Assembly: GCA_964016885.1 (NCBI GenBank)
Contig: OZ024741.1
Coordinates: 336,908,001 to 336,972,000, forward strand
Direction of reading: 5' to 3'
Source of the DNA: Eledone cirrhosa
Taxonomy: Eukaryota
Length of the DNA stretch: 64,000 bases
A program made the position numbers and the translations under genes. The notes beneath the pieces are model-generated. The model made no database searches. It saw nothing but the letters and a program-made list of their open reading frames with translations, and was not told the DNA's origin. Below, piece after piece: positions 38,221-52,627 of the stretch (position 1 is its first letter; the number at the start of each line of letters is the position of its first letter).

Positions 38221-38573
38221 ATATGTGTGTATGTGTGTGTACATATATATTAATATATAAATATATAAGCATCGTTATACAAAAACATACAAGCATACAC
38301 AGACAAATTATTGCTTTCTACTTGAAATCTCTACAGTTTTCATTGTGTATAAATAAAACCCACCCTCCCATGAGAATATAATGGGTCTTCCCTCCCCGAC
38401 CACCACATGGCAAGAAGATATACAAAAAAAACTGAAAAAAATTATCTTTATAAAGAATGTTTTTGTTGTTCTTTTTCTCCAAATGTATATATATATGTAT
38501 ATATATATATGTGTGTGTGTAAATATATATACATATATATGTATAAGTATATATATATATATATATGTATAAG

Positions 38574-38619
<46 letters not shown>

Positions 38620-38669
38620 TGTGTATAAGTATATATATGTATAAGTATATATATATATATATGTATAAG

Positions 38670-38701
<32 letters not shown>

Positions 38702-38775
38702 ATATGCATATATGTATATATATATTATATATATATATATGCATATATGTATATATATATATGTATATATATGTA

Positions 38776-38813
<38 letters not shown>

Positions 38814-38837
38814 CATATATATGTACACACACACATA

Positions 38838-38877
<40 letters not shown>

Positions 38878-39352
38878 TACATATATGTACATATATATAT
38901 ATATGTATATATATAAATGTAAACTAATTTTACGTTGTTATTGTTTTATTGTTGTTTTTGTTATGTAGTAGTCCATGATAATTGTGAAATCAGATAATGA
39001 TATCATTTTTAGCTTGATATAATTTGCTATATTGTTTTGATATCATTAAAAAATATATAATGCAACTGTTGAAGATATGTGTTTAATACAAATTTATCAA
39101 TAATTCAAATTCATTTCAGCAAAGAGTTGTTATGTACTGCTGTTTTTTCATATACACTGCTGTTTATCCCCAAACAAAGGTTGTTCTCTGTACATTTATT
39201 TATATTTATACTAAAGCTGTTTTATATTTTTTTAAAAATCAAATCCAAAATCATTGACTTTTATTCATAAAACAAAGAGTCCGTTTTCTATGTAGTATAT
39301 GTTACATCTTCATTTGTTCATTAGATATTATATGTATACATATATCTTTACT

Positions 39353-40085
39353 AGGTGGTAAATTGGCAGAGTCACTAGAATGTCGGATAGTATACTTTGC
39401 AGTATTCGATTTGGCTCCCTGCTCTCTCTGAGTTCAAATCCCGCTGAGGTCAACTTTGCCTTTCATCAATTCAGGGTTGATAAAACAAGTACCAGCCAAG
39501 TACTGGGGTCGATTCTTCCTCTATATCTCTTTCTCACTTCCATTCTCTCACTCTCATTCCTTCTCCGGAAGAAATCTTCTGTATTCAGACTTGGAGAGGA
39601 GATGAGCTCCGCCAGGTTTTTAAAAAAAAATAATACCCTAGAAATGCCGTATGACAATACAGCACCCCTACAACTCCCTTGGGAGTTATGGGACCAAACA
39701 TACATATCTTTACTAGGCGGTAAATTGGCAGAGTTGTTAGAATGCTGAATAAAATACTTTGCAGTATTTGTTATAGCTTTCTGTGTTCTCTGAGTTCAAA
39801 GCCTGCTGAGGTGGCCAACTTTGCCTTTCATCCTTTCAAGGTTGATAAAAAAAGTACCGGTCAAATACTAGGCTCGATTCTTCCACTAATTTCTTTTTCT
39901 AACTTCCTCTCTGTCATTCTCTCTCTCTCACTCTCTCTTTCTCTGTCTCTCCTTCTCTGGAAAAAATTGGCTGTGTTCAGACCTAAAGAGGGGATGGGCT
40001 CCACCAGGTGTAAAATGTCCAAGACATGCTGTATGTCATTATGGCATCCCTACAACTTCATCAGGAGTTACGGGCCCACATATAC
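39353..40085 (+). mobile_element. Two tandem long-tailed SINE A variants
   Basis: SINE A head and core plus an extra tail (gaagaaatc...ccaggttt...cccctacaactcc). Relatives at about 31380-31680, 29150-29290 and 24215-24370(-). Confidence 0.75.
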
Positions 40086-40487
40086 AAACATATCTTTGCT
40101 CCTCACTTTTAACCAGACAATTCACTCTGTTAGTCTCATTCACCTTTTCATTCTCTACCTATCTATCTATATTTTTTTCCTTTGCCTTCTCTATCCTTCT
40201 CTGTATATAGAGAAGATGTACATGTATGATGTTATATAGCATTAAATAAACGTATATAGTAACAATGTGTGCACACACACATATATATATGTATTTAAAT
40301 ATGTACACTGACAAGTATATATTATACAGTCATGTGTGTATATATATATATATATATGTGTGTATATATATATATTTATATGTGTATATATATCTATTTA
40401 TATGTGTATATATATCTATTTATATGTGTATATATATATATTTATGTATGTATGTATATATATGTATATATATATATATGATATATG

Positions 40488-40520
<33 letters not shown>

Positions 40521-40545
40521 ATGTATATATATATATATGATATAT

Positions 40546-40577
<32 letters not shown>

Positions 40578-40603
40578 ATGTATATATATATATATGATAT
40601 ATG

Positions 40604-40656
<53 letters not shown>

Positions 40657-40949
40657 TATATGATATATTTTTCATTATTCTTCTCCTAAATGTTTAGCAA
40701 ATGTTTTCTCCCAGTTCATGTTTTCATATTTTACAGAAAGGAAAGGAATCCCCTATTTAATGCAAAACACATTATTCCCTTCTCATTCACATACCCCTTT
40801 CCCTCTCTCCTTTCAATCACTCCTGTCACTCTCTCGCCCATTCTCTCTTGTCCATTTCTCTCTTGCCTGTCTCTCTACCCCACCCCCTAATCCCACTGAG
40901 CCTCTTTTTTTTCTTTTATTTATAGATGACGTCTAAACAGTATTATTAA

Positions 40950-41130
40950 TCAGTAGAGCGTCAGACACCATGCTTTGCAGCATAGAGTTATGGCCCTTTA
41001 CATTCTGAGTTCAAATCCCATGGAGGCTAGCTTTGCCTTTCATCCTTACAGGGTCGATAAAATAAAGTACCAGTAATGCACTGGGGTAATTGCTGGCCTT
41101 GTGCCAAAAGTAGAAACAATTATTATTATT
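40950..41130 (+). mobile_element. SINE family A
   Basis: Core motif and (ATT)n tail. Confidence 0.82.
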
Positions 41131-41840
41131 AACAACCTATATTATTAGATTTTATACATTATTTTAGGAAAGTTTCAAATTCACATATTTTCTTTTAAAA
41201 TTTCACTGACATTGATAACAAATTCATAGAATTTCAGTATTGTTTAAACATATGTGTATGTGTATCTATATCAATCTATATGTGTGTATGTATATATATG
41301 TATATATATGTATATTTATGTATATATATATATATATAGAGAGAGAGAAGCACAAACAAATAACACAAAGAAAAAATATAAAAATAAATATATATATATT
41401 TATATATATATATATTTATATATTTATATAAATATTTATTTATTTATATTTTTTCTTTGTGTTTTTGTTTTGTGCTTCTCTTCGTCCATCGTCTGTTGTG
41501 TTTCTTCCTGGATAGCTCTCCATTTTAGCTATTAACAGTCTGTGATGAAAAGTCCTGTCTTTAATGCATTTTTAACTTTAGTAATCCACAGAAGACAGCC
41601 AATGAGCAGGAATTGTTCTTGTGTTTGTGTTTTCACCTACGTTTTCTAAATGATATATATATATATATATATATACTTATATATACATAGAGGGAGAGAG
41701 AGAGAGAGAGAGATAGAAAGAAAGATTGGGGCTTACTAGTTTTGACTAATAAGCCCATTTTCAGCTAAGTACTCAATACTTTGGAAAGTGGAGTGTACGT
41801 ATTGTGAAAAGCTAGTGCCCGGCGCCTGAGCTTATGCCAC

Positions 41841-41895
<55 letters not shown>

Positions 41896-42134
41896 ATTTG
41901 AGAGATAAAATAAAAAAAGGAAAGAAAAGGCAAAAGTTAAATACACATCACCATCATTGTTGTCATCATACAACTGTTTTTTCTGCTAGCAAAGGCTGGA
42001 GGGATAAATGATGATGATGATGATGGCGATGGGTCTTTGATTTTTGCCTTTTGTTTTCTCATTCTAACTTTGCTTTCCTTTAAAATTCAATTTATTTCTT
42101 TGAGAAATCAAATTTATTTTCTATTGTAAGTGCG

Positions 42135-42179
<45 letters not shown>

Positions 42180-42286
42180 GTATGTATATATGTATGTATG
42201 TATATATATATATATGTATATATGTGTATATATATGTATGTATATATGTATGTATATGTATATATGTATATATATATGTATATATG

Positions 42287-42322
<36 letters not shown>

Positions 42323-42446
42323 AATATGTATGTATATATACATATATAAATATATATAGGTAAGTTATTCCGGGTTGAATCGGAGGTAACCACAGTAAGT
42401 AAGGTACTCAATACATAGCAGAGTATAAAAGTTTTAATATAGATGA

Positions 42447-42495
42447 GATTCTACATGACTAGAACTGTTTCATTCTTTAGAAATCATCAGGAATC
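42447..42495 (-). ncRNA. Type I hammerhead ribozyme motif (mirror copy)
   Basis: Reverse complement: gattc CTGATGA tttctaaagaat GAA ACA gttctagtca TGT A gaatc. Confidence 0.68.
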
Positions 42496-42499
42496 TCAG

Positions 42500-42548
42500 G
42501 ATTCCTGATGATTTCTAAAGAATGAAACAGTTCTAGTCCTGTAGAATC
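42500..42548 (+). ncRNA. Type I hammerhead ribozyme motif (variant U.U at base of stem II)
   Basis: gattc CTGATGA t-ttc-taaa-gaa-t GAA ACAG-ttctagtc-CTGT A gaatc. Stems I and III pair, and the predicted GUA site ends at 42543. Confidence 0.72.
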
Positions 42549-42619
42549 TCATCTATATATATATATATGTATATATGTATATATATATATATGTATATAT
42601 GTATATATATATATATGTA

Positions 42620-42656
<37 letters not shown>

Positions 42657-42761
42657 ATATATGTATATATATATATATGTATATATGTATATATATATAT
42701 ATGTATATATGTATATATATATATATATGTATATATGTATATATATATATATGTATATATG

Positions 42762-42826
<65 letters not shown>

Positions 42827-43620
42827 GTATATATGTATATATATATGTATATATGTATATATATATATATATATGCTTATATATATGTATATATATATAT
42901 GTATATATATGTATATATACACACATATAAATAATTACACACATACACACACACATATATATACATACACACATTCATTTTCTTTCACTGCATCTTATTT
43001 TTTTTATTTATTTACTTGTTTATTTATTTATTTATTTATTTTTGTTGGTAGCTGACAACAACTCTGTTTCGGAAATTATTCTTGCTTTACATTATTGTGT
43101 TGAAAATTGGAATTTTAATTTGTTAATTCAAACTGAGGCTGGGTTTAATTCAAACCAGACAGATTGCTATCTGTTTTCATTGTAAAAAAAAAAAAAAAAT
43201 ATATATAACAACAACAACAACAATAATAATAATAATAACAACAATAATAAGAGAAAACAATACAATTTATGCTTTGAATCAGTTTATCTTCTCCATTTCC
43301 CATGCAATTAAGGTGAATATCTTTTTTTTTTGCAAAGAAAAGCACTTTGTCAACTAAACTTATCAAATCACAAATGTATACTTGATATATACATGTATAT
43401 ATTCATATATATGCATACATACATCTACTACAAATTATCTACACACCCATATATACATACGTATGGATTTACATATATGATGATGATGTATGTGCATATA
43501 TATATGTGTGTATATATACATATATATATAAAAATATATATATTTATTAAAATATGTATGTATATAAGTGTGTATTTATGTATATGTGTATGTATGTATA
43601 TGGATATGGATGTATATATG

Positions 43621-43653
<33 letters not shown>

Positions 43654-43894
43654 GTATATATGTATATATTCATGTCATAGGGAAAGTTAGTTGTAGCATA
43701 TCCTTGGGTGTGTTAACCTTTTCTGTTTTAGGAGAGGAATATAGGGATTAAATGGCAAATCTATTTAAAGAATTCAAATATATTCCCATTGAGTATTTAT
43801 TTAATGAAACTTCAATTGGATACACATTGCAGTTGATTATTCTGTCAATTCCTGTTACCCTGGTGTCCAGCAAGGAAACCTCCTGTTTGTGTTG

Positions 43895-44122
43895 GCCATG
43901 TGGCCTAGTTTTAAGGGTGTTGGCCTTACAATCATAATGATTCCTAGACTGGTTTGGGTACCACTTCATTTCACATTGCTCCAGTATACTGAACAGAAAA
44001 TGAGCACCAGCTGGTAGGTTTAACCCTGCGATGGACTGGTGTCTTGTACTCTCAGTTGCCACAGGCTAAGGAAACTGGAATAAGCACCAACCTGATGAGC
44101 CTCTGGGTTTGAGAAAGACTTT
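43895..44122 (+). mobile_element. SINE family B (internally deleted)
   Basis: tggcctagt...cacttcatttcacattgctccagtatact...cctgatgagcctctggg. Confidence 0.7.
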
Positions 44123-44868
44123 TTAGATTGATTCTGTTGCCAACTCAATGTCTTGCGTCTGGACAAAACAACCATATATTTTGATTAAAGTAGTAATCTT
44201 GATCAATGAATTGCAAGTCAGTATAACCTTACATACCAATCTACTCAAAACTGGCCCTGGGTTTATAAAAAAACCTTCCGTTGCCTCATTTTAAAGATTT
44301 CTAACTAAAATTTAAATCTTCAAGAAGAATTATGCTCTTAGTAATGAAATAATAAATAATTCTAATAAATCACTCAAACTCTTTCATGAATTTTATTGAA
44401 ATAGATTGTGATGGCCGAAACAGTTACTTGAGTGGGGTTTCTTTTCTGAAGGCCTTCTGTTGTCCAGCTTACATCATAGTTTCATACCACTATATCATAG
44501 AATTATGGTCATGAAACAGTCAATGCAGGTTATTTCACCAATTCTTAACCCATATCTCGACCCCTATATTATTGTAATTAAATTGTTATTCATTTTAGAA
44601 GCTAGAGTTTAGATAATTACAAATTGTTATTTTGTCTAATTTTTATAGAAATTAATTTTTCTGTGAGTGTGTTTTTGTATATGAATATGTATGTGTGTGT
44701 GTGTAACTATTTCATATTGGAATCAGACTATAAACTAATGATGAAACTATTTTAAGGATAAGAACATTTAAATCCTGATTAGGAATATTTTTTATCTAAA
44801 TATGAATACTGCTGCTGCTACTACAACTACTGCTACTACTACTACTGCTACTACTACTACTACTACTG

Positions 44869-44904
<36 letters not shown>

Positions 44905-45012
44905 ACAACAACAACAACAACAAGCAAATTATGATGTTAGAAATGCCCAACAAGAAAAAAACCAAAATCTATATATTTATCCACCAATGCTCAATGCTAG
45001 CAAGGAAAGGAA

Positions 45013-45054
<42 letters not shown>

Positions 45055-45787
45055 GTGAATCACGGGTTCAACATGATATATATATCACTTCACTTCACTT
45101 TTCTCTTGATCCTCCAGGTCCATAGGTGCACTGTTTTGCAGTGTTTCTTGGTCAAATACAACCCAGGGGGCACCCATCTATCTCCAGATTTGAACATGAC
45201 TAATATCTTCCAATATGTAAAAGATCTCTTTCCATAGATTTCATACAATTTCTCCATGTAGTTATTTTAAAAGTATTTCTTGTGGTACATTTTCATTAAT
45301 ATCTGGTTGTTATTTTTTTATAAAAATAGTTCATAGATAGAAACAAAGAAATTATCTAAGGAGAAAAAATACTGCAGCAACTACAAAAAAAAAACAAAAA
45401 CAAAAAAAAACTCCAATTTTTGAAACAAAATTAGATTTTAACTCTACAATAACAATTGGAATTATTGTTTACATTTAAATTACTTTGTGTAAAATAAAAT
45501 AAATGTCAAACCGAATTTAAAATTGTTCCATTCCAAAAATGTTTCCAGTTAATATTGATACACATATAGTTTTAAATGAGACTAAAAGGCAAAGATAAGG
45601 AACCAATTTCTAAATCAGACCAATGAAACTATGTTTTCCTGTAGATCTTTCCTTTGTTGATGCTGTTTGTCAGTCACAACTCCTAGCAGAATCTATATGA
45701 ACACTCACGTAAGCACATTCATTTCACTTAGCTATAAGAAAAAAAAATGAGATTTTTTTTCATCTCCACCTATTTAAAAAAAAAGTC

Positions 45788-45821
<34 letters not shown>

Positions 45822-46082
45822 TTATTCTTTGCCTACTTATTCTGGAGAGAATATATACATATATATAACAAGCACTTGTGGTGTAATATTATCAATAGAA
45901 ATAGTATTTGAATTGGTTATTTTATCATATATATATACATACGTATATCATCATTTAACATTTGCTTTTCCTGCTAACAAATGTTGCATGGGTCTTTACA
46001 GACCAAGTCAGTATTGAAGGTTGTCTACTAACCTGACAGGCAAGCCAGGAGCCCACACCTCGCTTATATATATATTTATGCT

Positions 46083-46128
<46 letters not shown>

Positions 46129-47199
46129 AGTATGTGTGTGTCTTAACATGTTTAGGAGTAAGGAAGAATCTGACTGTTGTTTCAGCAGTAAGAGACAACT
46201 TTACAAACATGTTTCATTCTATTTGGTCTCATCAGCATACCACTGAACAGGTGATTACAATTTAACAAATGCAAAAACAATTAAATATATTCTTAGTTAA
46301 ATGTAAAATGTGTAATTAAAATGCAAAGGAAATGAGGGGAAAGAACTCAAAAAAGCCAGTGGCATGAATTTGGATAACAAAGTCATTAGTGGTAGGAGAC
46401 TTTAAACGAAGCACATAATGTTTTCTTATTTCTTTTTAAATTTCCTCCTCAGACAGAGAGGGTAATTAACGACTTAACAACAGTTGTTAACAATAGGTGT
46501 GTACAAGGGTACCCACTGTAAATTTGAAGCAAATACTGACTTCCTACGTCCCAGGTGTCTGGGTGCCATTATAAGCCCTTTCGTTCTTACCCAGAAAATT
46601 TATATATATGAATGTATGCATATATTTTTGTTGTTTGTATCTCCACTTTTATGTGTATATATTTTTGTTTAGTTAATATAAGATGGCAGGTCTTCTCAGA
46701 TTGGTAAAACCAATGTCTCCACGTGTTTAGTGCTCAGTATGAACTTCTGAATTTGATGCCTGTTGGCAGGGAAGGGATTTCAATATGGCTGTAGTTTTGG
46801 GTAGCACGGAATTTGGGGTTATTGAGAGTAGAGATGAGTTAAACATGATAAAGTGTTAAACATGATAAAGTGTAACTGTCTTTTTCATCTTTGACATTTT
46901 GGAAGTGAGATTGATATGTCAGAAGTTGGCAAAATCTGAGAAGCTGGCTGCTTTGCTTCAGACACAAATATAAGCACCTGAAAACAATTGTTTTTTAAAA
47001 ATAAAGAATCAGGGTAATTTGATGTTTTTAGTGCCCCACCAAAAAACAATAAAAATGTTTAATATAGCATATCACCATTTTACCTTCAGAGAAGCTGGTT
47101 ACTTTGCTTGAGACACATTGTTTACATGTATTCATAAATTGGAGGTAGATATCTATAAAATGAAGGGGAGAAAGTTTGAAGAGTTTGATGGAAATAGCC

Positions 47200-47950
47200 A
47201 TCATCTGTATTTTCCACTGTTGGATAATATCTTAATTGATGGAAGTCATTGAATTTCTATAGATGTTATAGACATTGTTTCATGCCTGTTCAGTTACACT
47301 GCTTCCATGTTGGAACCACACTTGTGTGATATTAAGTTGTGGGCTTTGGCATTATAAAGGATCTTGGGGATCGTACCTAAGAACCTAGTATCAGTCCCCC
47401 TTTCCTTTCTATTGCCTTGAATGCATCAGCGGTGATGTGAAGCATATACCTGCTGCCAGTAGTCAATGTAGACTTGATAAATTTCCAACAAGATTGTTAT
47501 TTGATATGAAGTGCTCGAGATTTATTGGGCAGGGGCTGTTGTTTTGTTAAGATGGCATGGATTTAGTTGCCTTGATTAGGCTGTGGTCAGATGATCCTAC
47601 ATATGGGAGAAGAGACTCTGTTGGCAGGGCAAACAGTTTGGTTGTAAGGGATGAGAAAGTGTCTAGAAAGATGGTGGCTTGACCATGGGTACGGGTAGAT
47701 GAGGAGACTAAATTGTGTAAACTGTTCAGTGAAACAGTGGAAAATGATTTAGATTCCACATCAAACAGTATTGGAGTATTGGTGTCAGAAGAATAAGAGA
47801 TAAACAGAGAGAAGTTTTGAGCATTGATGTTATTAATAATGTTGGATTCAGGCAGATTTATGTGCAGATATCTTCACTGCATGATGAAAAATAGTCAAAC
47901 AACTGCTTATGGCTGTGAAGGTTTGAAAAGCGGTATATACACATAACATA
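47200..47950 (-). mobile_element. Highly decayed non-RTE LINE (CR1/Jockey/I-like) endonuclease region
   Basis: ORF 47547-47759: LHNLVSSSTR...LDTF...VGSSDHSLI, matching the APE SDH motif. Boundaries uncertain. Confidence 0.55.
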
Positions 47951-49087
47951 ATGGAGCAGTGCGACTTTTAGTCAGAGTAACTGAAAAATTGCTATAGATT
48001 ATAAAGATACTTTCAGCTGGAACTGAGAGTACCAGAAATGGGCATCTATCCAAAGTTATGGACCCTCTCTATCATGACTTTGAGGCTCTAGGTTAGTCTT
48101 TGGCCTTTGTTAAGAAAGGAGGTGGGATGGAGCACAAGACTAACAACCTTACCTCCCTTAATCAAAATTACAACAGAAATGATGAGTAGATCCCTGACTT
48201 GGGAATAATCCCATAGCAAGTCTTGCCATGTAGAAGATAGATCTCTTATCACAGAATGCTTCATAGGGAGCAACAGGAACAAAAGAAGATAAATATATTT
48301 AAAATACTAGAAAAGTGAGATTTTTGGTGAGGGGAACTGAAAGATTTTCATTGGTCTCCAGGAAAGAGAGCTGAGTAGTAGGAGTATACAGCATTTGGGG
48401 TGGAAGCTAGAATATAATAAAGTGGATAAAAAAGATGTTTATGTTACATAGGATTATGAAATAACAGATTTATGTGCATAAGTGAGTAGAGCACCTGCCA
48501 CTAACAGGGGAGAAATATGTATATATATTTATGTATGAAACAATACATGCATAAGTGTATATATATATATATATATATCGACAGTCAATCAACTTTCGTC
48601 AAATTGGACAGAGAAAACAATGCTTCCATTGGTTTTTCCAATTGCTTGTGTGTGTGTGTGGGGTGTAACAATGTTTTAATTTTGAAGATTCCTGTTAATA
48701 CTCTCTCACACTCACACACACATATAGGGGAAGGTATGTATGTCTGTATCTATGTATATATTTAGATAACTTCAGATGCAAATAGCTTGCTTGTATGCGT
48801 GTGTATATGTGCCTAGATCAATAAAAATCGTATCCTAACCAATAACTCATTAAAGACTTTTTTTAAAGTTCATGACGTCTGGGACAAATCTGCCATTTAG
48901 AGTTTCATAAAACTTTGGATGGTTATCAACAATAAGTTGATGAGAGGGGGGTCAAAGTGAAAGTGAAAATAGATCATAGATTTTCCATGGAAGCTGACAC
49001 ACTATAGCACATACTAAAACAATGTTTGTGTTTGCACACATGAACAAATAACACATCATCATATGTGTGTATGTGTGTATGTGGGTA

Positions 49088-49130
<43 letters not shown>

Positions 49131-49237
49131 GTATGTATTATGTAGTTATGTAATAGTTATATAGTTTCTGGGTTATTAAAACATTTTGTTTTGAACTATT
49201 AAAATTGAAACACACACACACACATATATATGAGTCC

Positions 49238-49357
49238 TGGGTTCAATCGAGGGTAACCATAGTAAGTAAGGTACTAAATACATTAGTAGAACATATACAA
49301 AATTTAATAAAGAAATGGCTTCTACAGGTCTAGAACTGTTTCATTCGAAGGAAATCA
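49238..49357 (-). mobile_element. Truncated second copy of the 42371 element (hammerhead lacking its 5' CTG and stem I)
   Basis: ggtaaccatagtaagtaaggtactaaatac...ttctacaggtctagaactgtttcattcgaaggaaatca aligns to 42385-42486, then is cut by (TA)n. Confidence 0.7.
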
Positions 49358-49737
49358 TATATATATGTATATATATATATGTGTGTGTGTGAGTGTTGAA
49401 CAATGAAACAAAAGGTGAAGTTTAGTACTTAATCACCTCATAGTTTCAGAAGGTTGATTATCATGATAAATCAATGTAGCAACTAATCAATAGTAGTTAT
49501 ATATATATATATATATAACAACTGAATCTGAATTGGCAATGCCTTACAGATATATAACGGTATGGCTGAGATAATTCCATTTATTTGAGAATCCACAAGT
49601 CTCATGAGCTATTGATTGCAGAGTTGGGCCTGGTCACTACCGATTGTACTTTGAGTTGATTGATTGCAAGATGTGTGTCATGTGTGAATAAATATGTTGT
49701 TGTTATATTGATACTTCATTCCTGCTCCTTATATATA

Positions 49738-49769
<32 letters not shown>

Positions 49770-51068
49770 ATTGGTGTGGGATGCTTAAAGCATCTGTAAG
49801 CGGTATGCTGTTTGAGCACTCGTGCCTCGAGCTGGTCGCCAGAGAAACGATTGTAATATGTCTAATAAATCTTATTCGTTGCACCACTGATTCTCCGTTT
49901 CTTATGGGATATATATATATATATATATACATATATAGTAGTAATAATAAATACAAGGTATATAATCCAAAGGGCTGTCATCATCATTATATATAGTTTA
50001 AATATATCCGTAAAGCAGATATTTATTATTAGTACAGATAAAAAAATATAAATATACATTCATAAATTGATAATAGTTATGTTTTTCATCAGAGAAAAAT
50101 AATAATTAAAATACTAATATATATAATTCAGTAAAATTACACATTCAACATTGTAATTGTAATTTAGAGTAAACATTATTGAGTATTTTCTTCCTTTTTT
50201 TTTTTCTTAATTAGTCTCAAAGATAAAAATAAATTGATTGGGATGAAATTCATTCATTTTCTAAAAATATTTTATAAGTGATACTGAAGTAAAATGATCT
50301 CATTTGTAGATATTTTCCTTTTCTTTGATTAATGAGTTAAGTTGATAAAGTAGAAAGAAAGCCACTTTATATGAGACGGTAACCCTAGATGTTCTATGGA
50401 GATTTAAAAAGTATAAAACAAAACAACAGAACAAAGAAAAAAAATAGTAATATACAAATAAACAACAGAAAAAATGATGAAACAAAAGTCTTCTGCAATA
50501 ATCCTAAAATTGAAAATCAATAACTGATTCCTGTTGTACTGATCTCTAAGGTGAGGAATATGACTCTTTTATTTTACAAGCAATTCTTTAATGAAATGCA
50601 ATTATTAACCAGGTTTATTTCTTCATATTTTCATAGTATTTCAGAACATAATGAAGAAAATTTTCTCAAATAAGTATATTCTTTAACATAAATGACAATT
50701 AAAAAGCTATGTTGACTAGATACATCATTATTATTTGACTGTTGCTTTGAGCCAGGTTTCTTAAGGAATACCGGGCTACAACTAGTAGCCTGGGGTACCA
50801 CCAACATTTTCATATCATTCCTTGTGTTTTACTACTGCTTGTAATCCAGAATCTTTCTCAATATTCACGTCTTCTGGAGTGGTTTAATCCCTGGTGCAAA
50901 GTCTCTTATTATTATCATTATTTGTTCTTTTGCAGTTTTTATGCAATTTCTTGCCAGGTCATTTTCTATGACCTGAAGCAGGAAAAGATAAGTGCACAAA
51001 TAGTTGGCTTCAGTCCTCTGCATATGTTGTGTCATAAAAGCACCTCACTCACAGAAAGAGATGGGTGC

Positions 51069-51109
<41 letters not shown>

Positions 51110-51339
51110 ACCCAATTCTCTATAATGAGAAAAAGGAGCTGAAGAAGGAACAACAAAGAGCCGAGTTTAATTTTTATACTATTTAGTTCAGTGTCTTTAT
51201 CTAAGTTGAAATCCTGCTCAGTTTGACTTTCTTCTGTCATTTCAAAGTTGAGTAAATACATACCAGTAATATATTGAGACTGATTCCAATCACTGATACC
51301 CCCATCCCCATCCTCAATTTCTTTCTAAGTTTGTAAATT

Positions 51340-51925
51340 CATAGAGCGTCAGACACCATGATTTGCAACATAGAGTTATGGCCCTTTACGTTCTAAGTTC
51401 AAATTCCACCGAGGTTAAATTTGGCTTTTCTTCCTTACGGGAGTCGATAAAATAAAGTACCAGTAATGCACTGGGATAATTTCTGGCCTTGTGCCAAAAG
51501 TAAAAACAATTATTACATTTGTTATTGTTGTTGTTCTCCTTATTGCTGCAGTCGCTGTTGTTGTTGTTGTTGTTGTTGTTATTATTGTTATTATTTTTAT
51601 TGATCAGTGGATTGGCAGTAATTGGTAGAGCATCAGACACCATGCTTTGCAGCATAGAGTTACGTCCGTTTATGTTCTGTGTTCAAATCCCACCGAGGAT
51701 AGCTCTGCCATTCATCCTTACAGGGTTGATAAAATAAAGTACCAGTAATGGACTGGGACTGGTTTAATTGACATTTCCCTTCCTTCAAAATTGTTGGTCT
51801 TATGCCTAAATCAGAAACCATTATTAATATTATTATCATTATTATTGAGGGTGGTGGATTGGCAGTATCGATAGAGTGTCGGACAACATGCTTTGCAGAA
51901 TATAGTTAAGTCCTTTATGTACTGA
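51340..51925 (+). mobile_element. Three SINE family A copies; the third is split by the Helitron and resumes at 52628-52770
   Basis: Aligns to the family A pattern seen elsewhere in the window. Confidence 0.8.
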
Positions 51926-52627
51926 TTAGCAGAAAAACCAGCCTTTGGGTGGTTTTCTGCTAGCATGTAAAATCGTAATTGACAATATAAACAGAAATTG
52001 AACTAATACTGTGTTACACTGTCTTATGTAATCAGTAACGTAATCCATGATACATTAAAAAAAGATGATATTATATATAAACTGCATTAGGAGAAAATTA
52101 GTGACAGAAAATTAGTATGTTTATTTAAGTGATCGCCACCGGAGTGTTGACATCACACACTCTCTCTTTCTATATATATGGTAATTGAAGTGGGGGTGGT
52201 GGCAACGATATACCGGAAGTGCAACTTTGAAAAGAAGTCAAATTTAAATTATTTATTTTTACGAAATTATTTTTGTTTACGAAATTTAGTAGATAAATTA
52301 TGTAATTCATTATTTATTCAAAGTAATGAATGAATATTACATAATTTTAGGGCGGTTAATTGGCAGTATCGGTAGAGGGTCGGACACCATACTTTCCAGC
52401 ATAATTACGTCCCTCTACAGTCTGAGTTCAAATCCCGTCGAGGTTAACTTTGCCTTTCATCCTTACGAGGTCGATAAAATAAAGTACCATTTATGTACTG
52501 GGTAATTGCTGGCCTTGTGCCAAAAGTAGAAACAATTATTTATTCAAAGTAATCTAACTTATTTTACTAACGGGATAAAAAAAAAAACGTACGCAGTCCC
52601 ACAGACCTTCCTTTATTATAGTTTAGA
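51926..52627 (-). mobile_element. Complete non-autonomous Helitron inserted at an A|T site in a SINE
   Basis: Minus strand starts TCtaaactataataaag (52627) and ends with a hairpin + CTAA (51926). Removing it rejoins the SINE as tatgtactga|tttcaaattctgctgagg with no TSD. Confidence 0.8.
52349..52534 (+). mobile_element. SINE family A nested in the Helitron, with a 19-bp TSD
   Basis: TSD attatttattcaaagtaat at 52309-52327 and 52535-52553. Confidence 0.85.

Larger units (their letters stand above)
42371..42558. mobile_element. Hammerhead-bearing element ending in a palindrome (59-bp arms, 4-nt loop, 42437-42558)
   Basis: Palindrome visible directly. The left part aligns with 49238-49357. Flanked by (TA)n on both sides. 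Confidence 0.75.
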
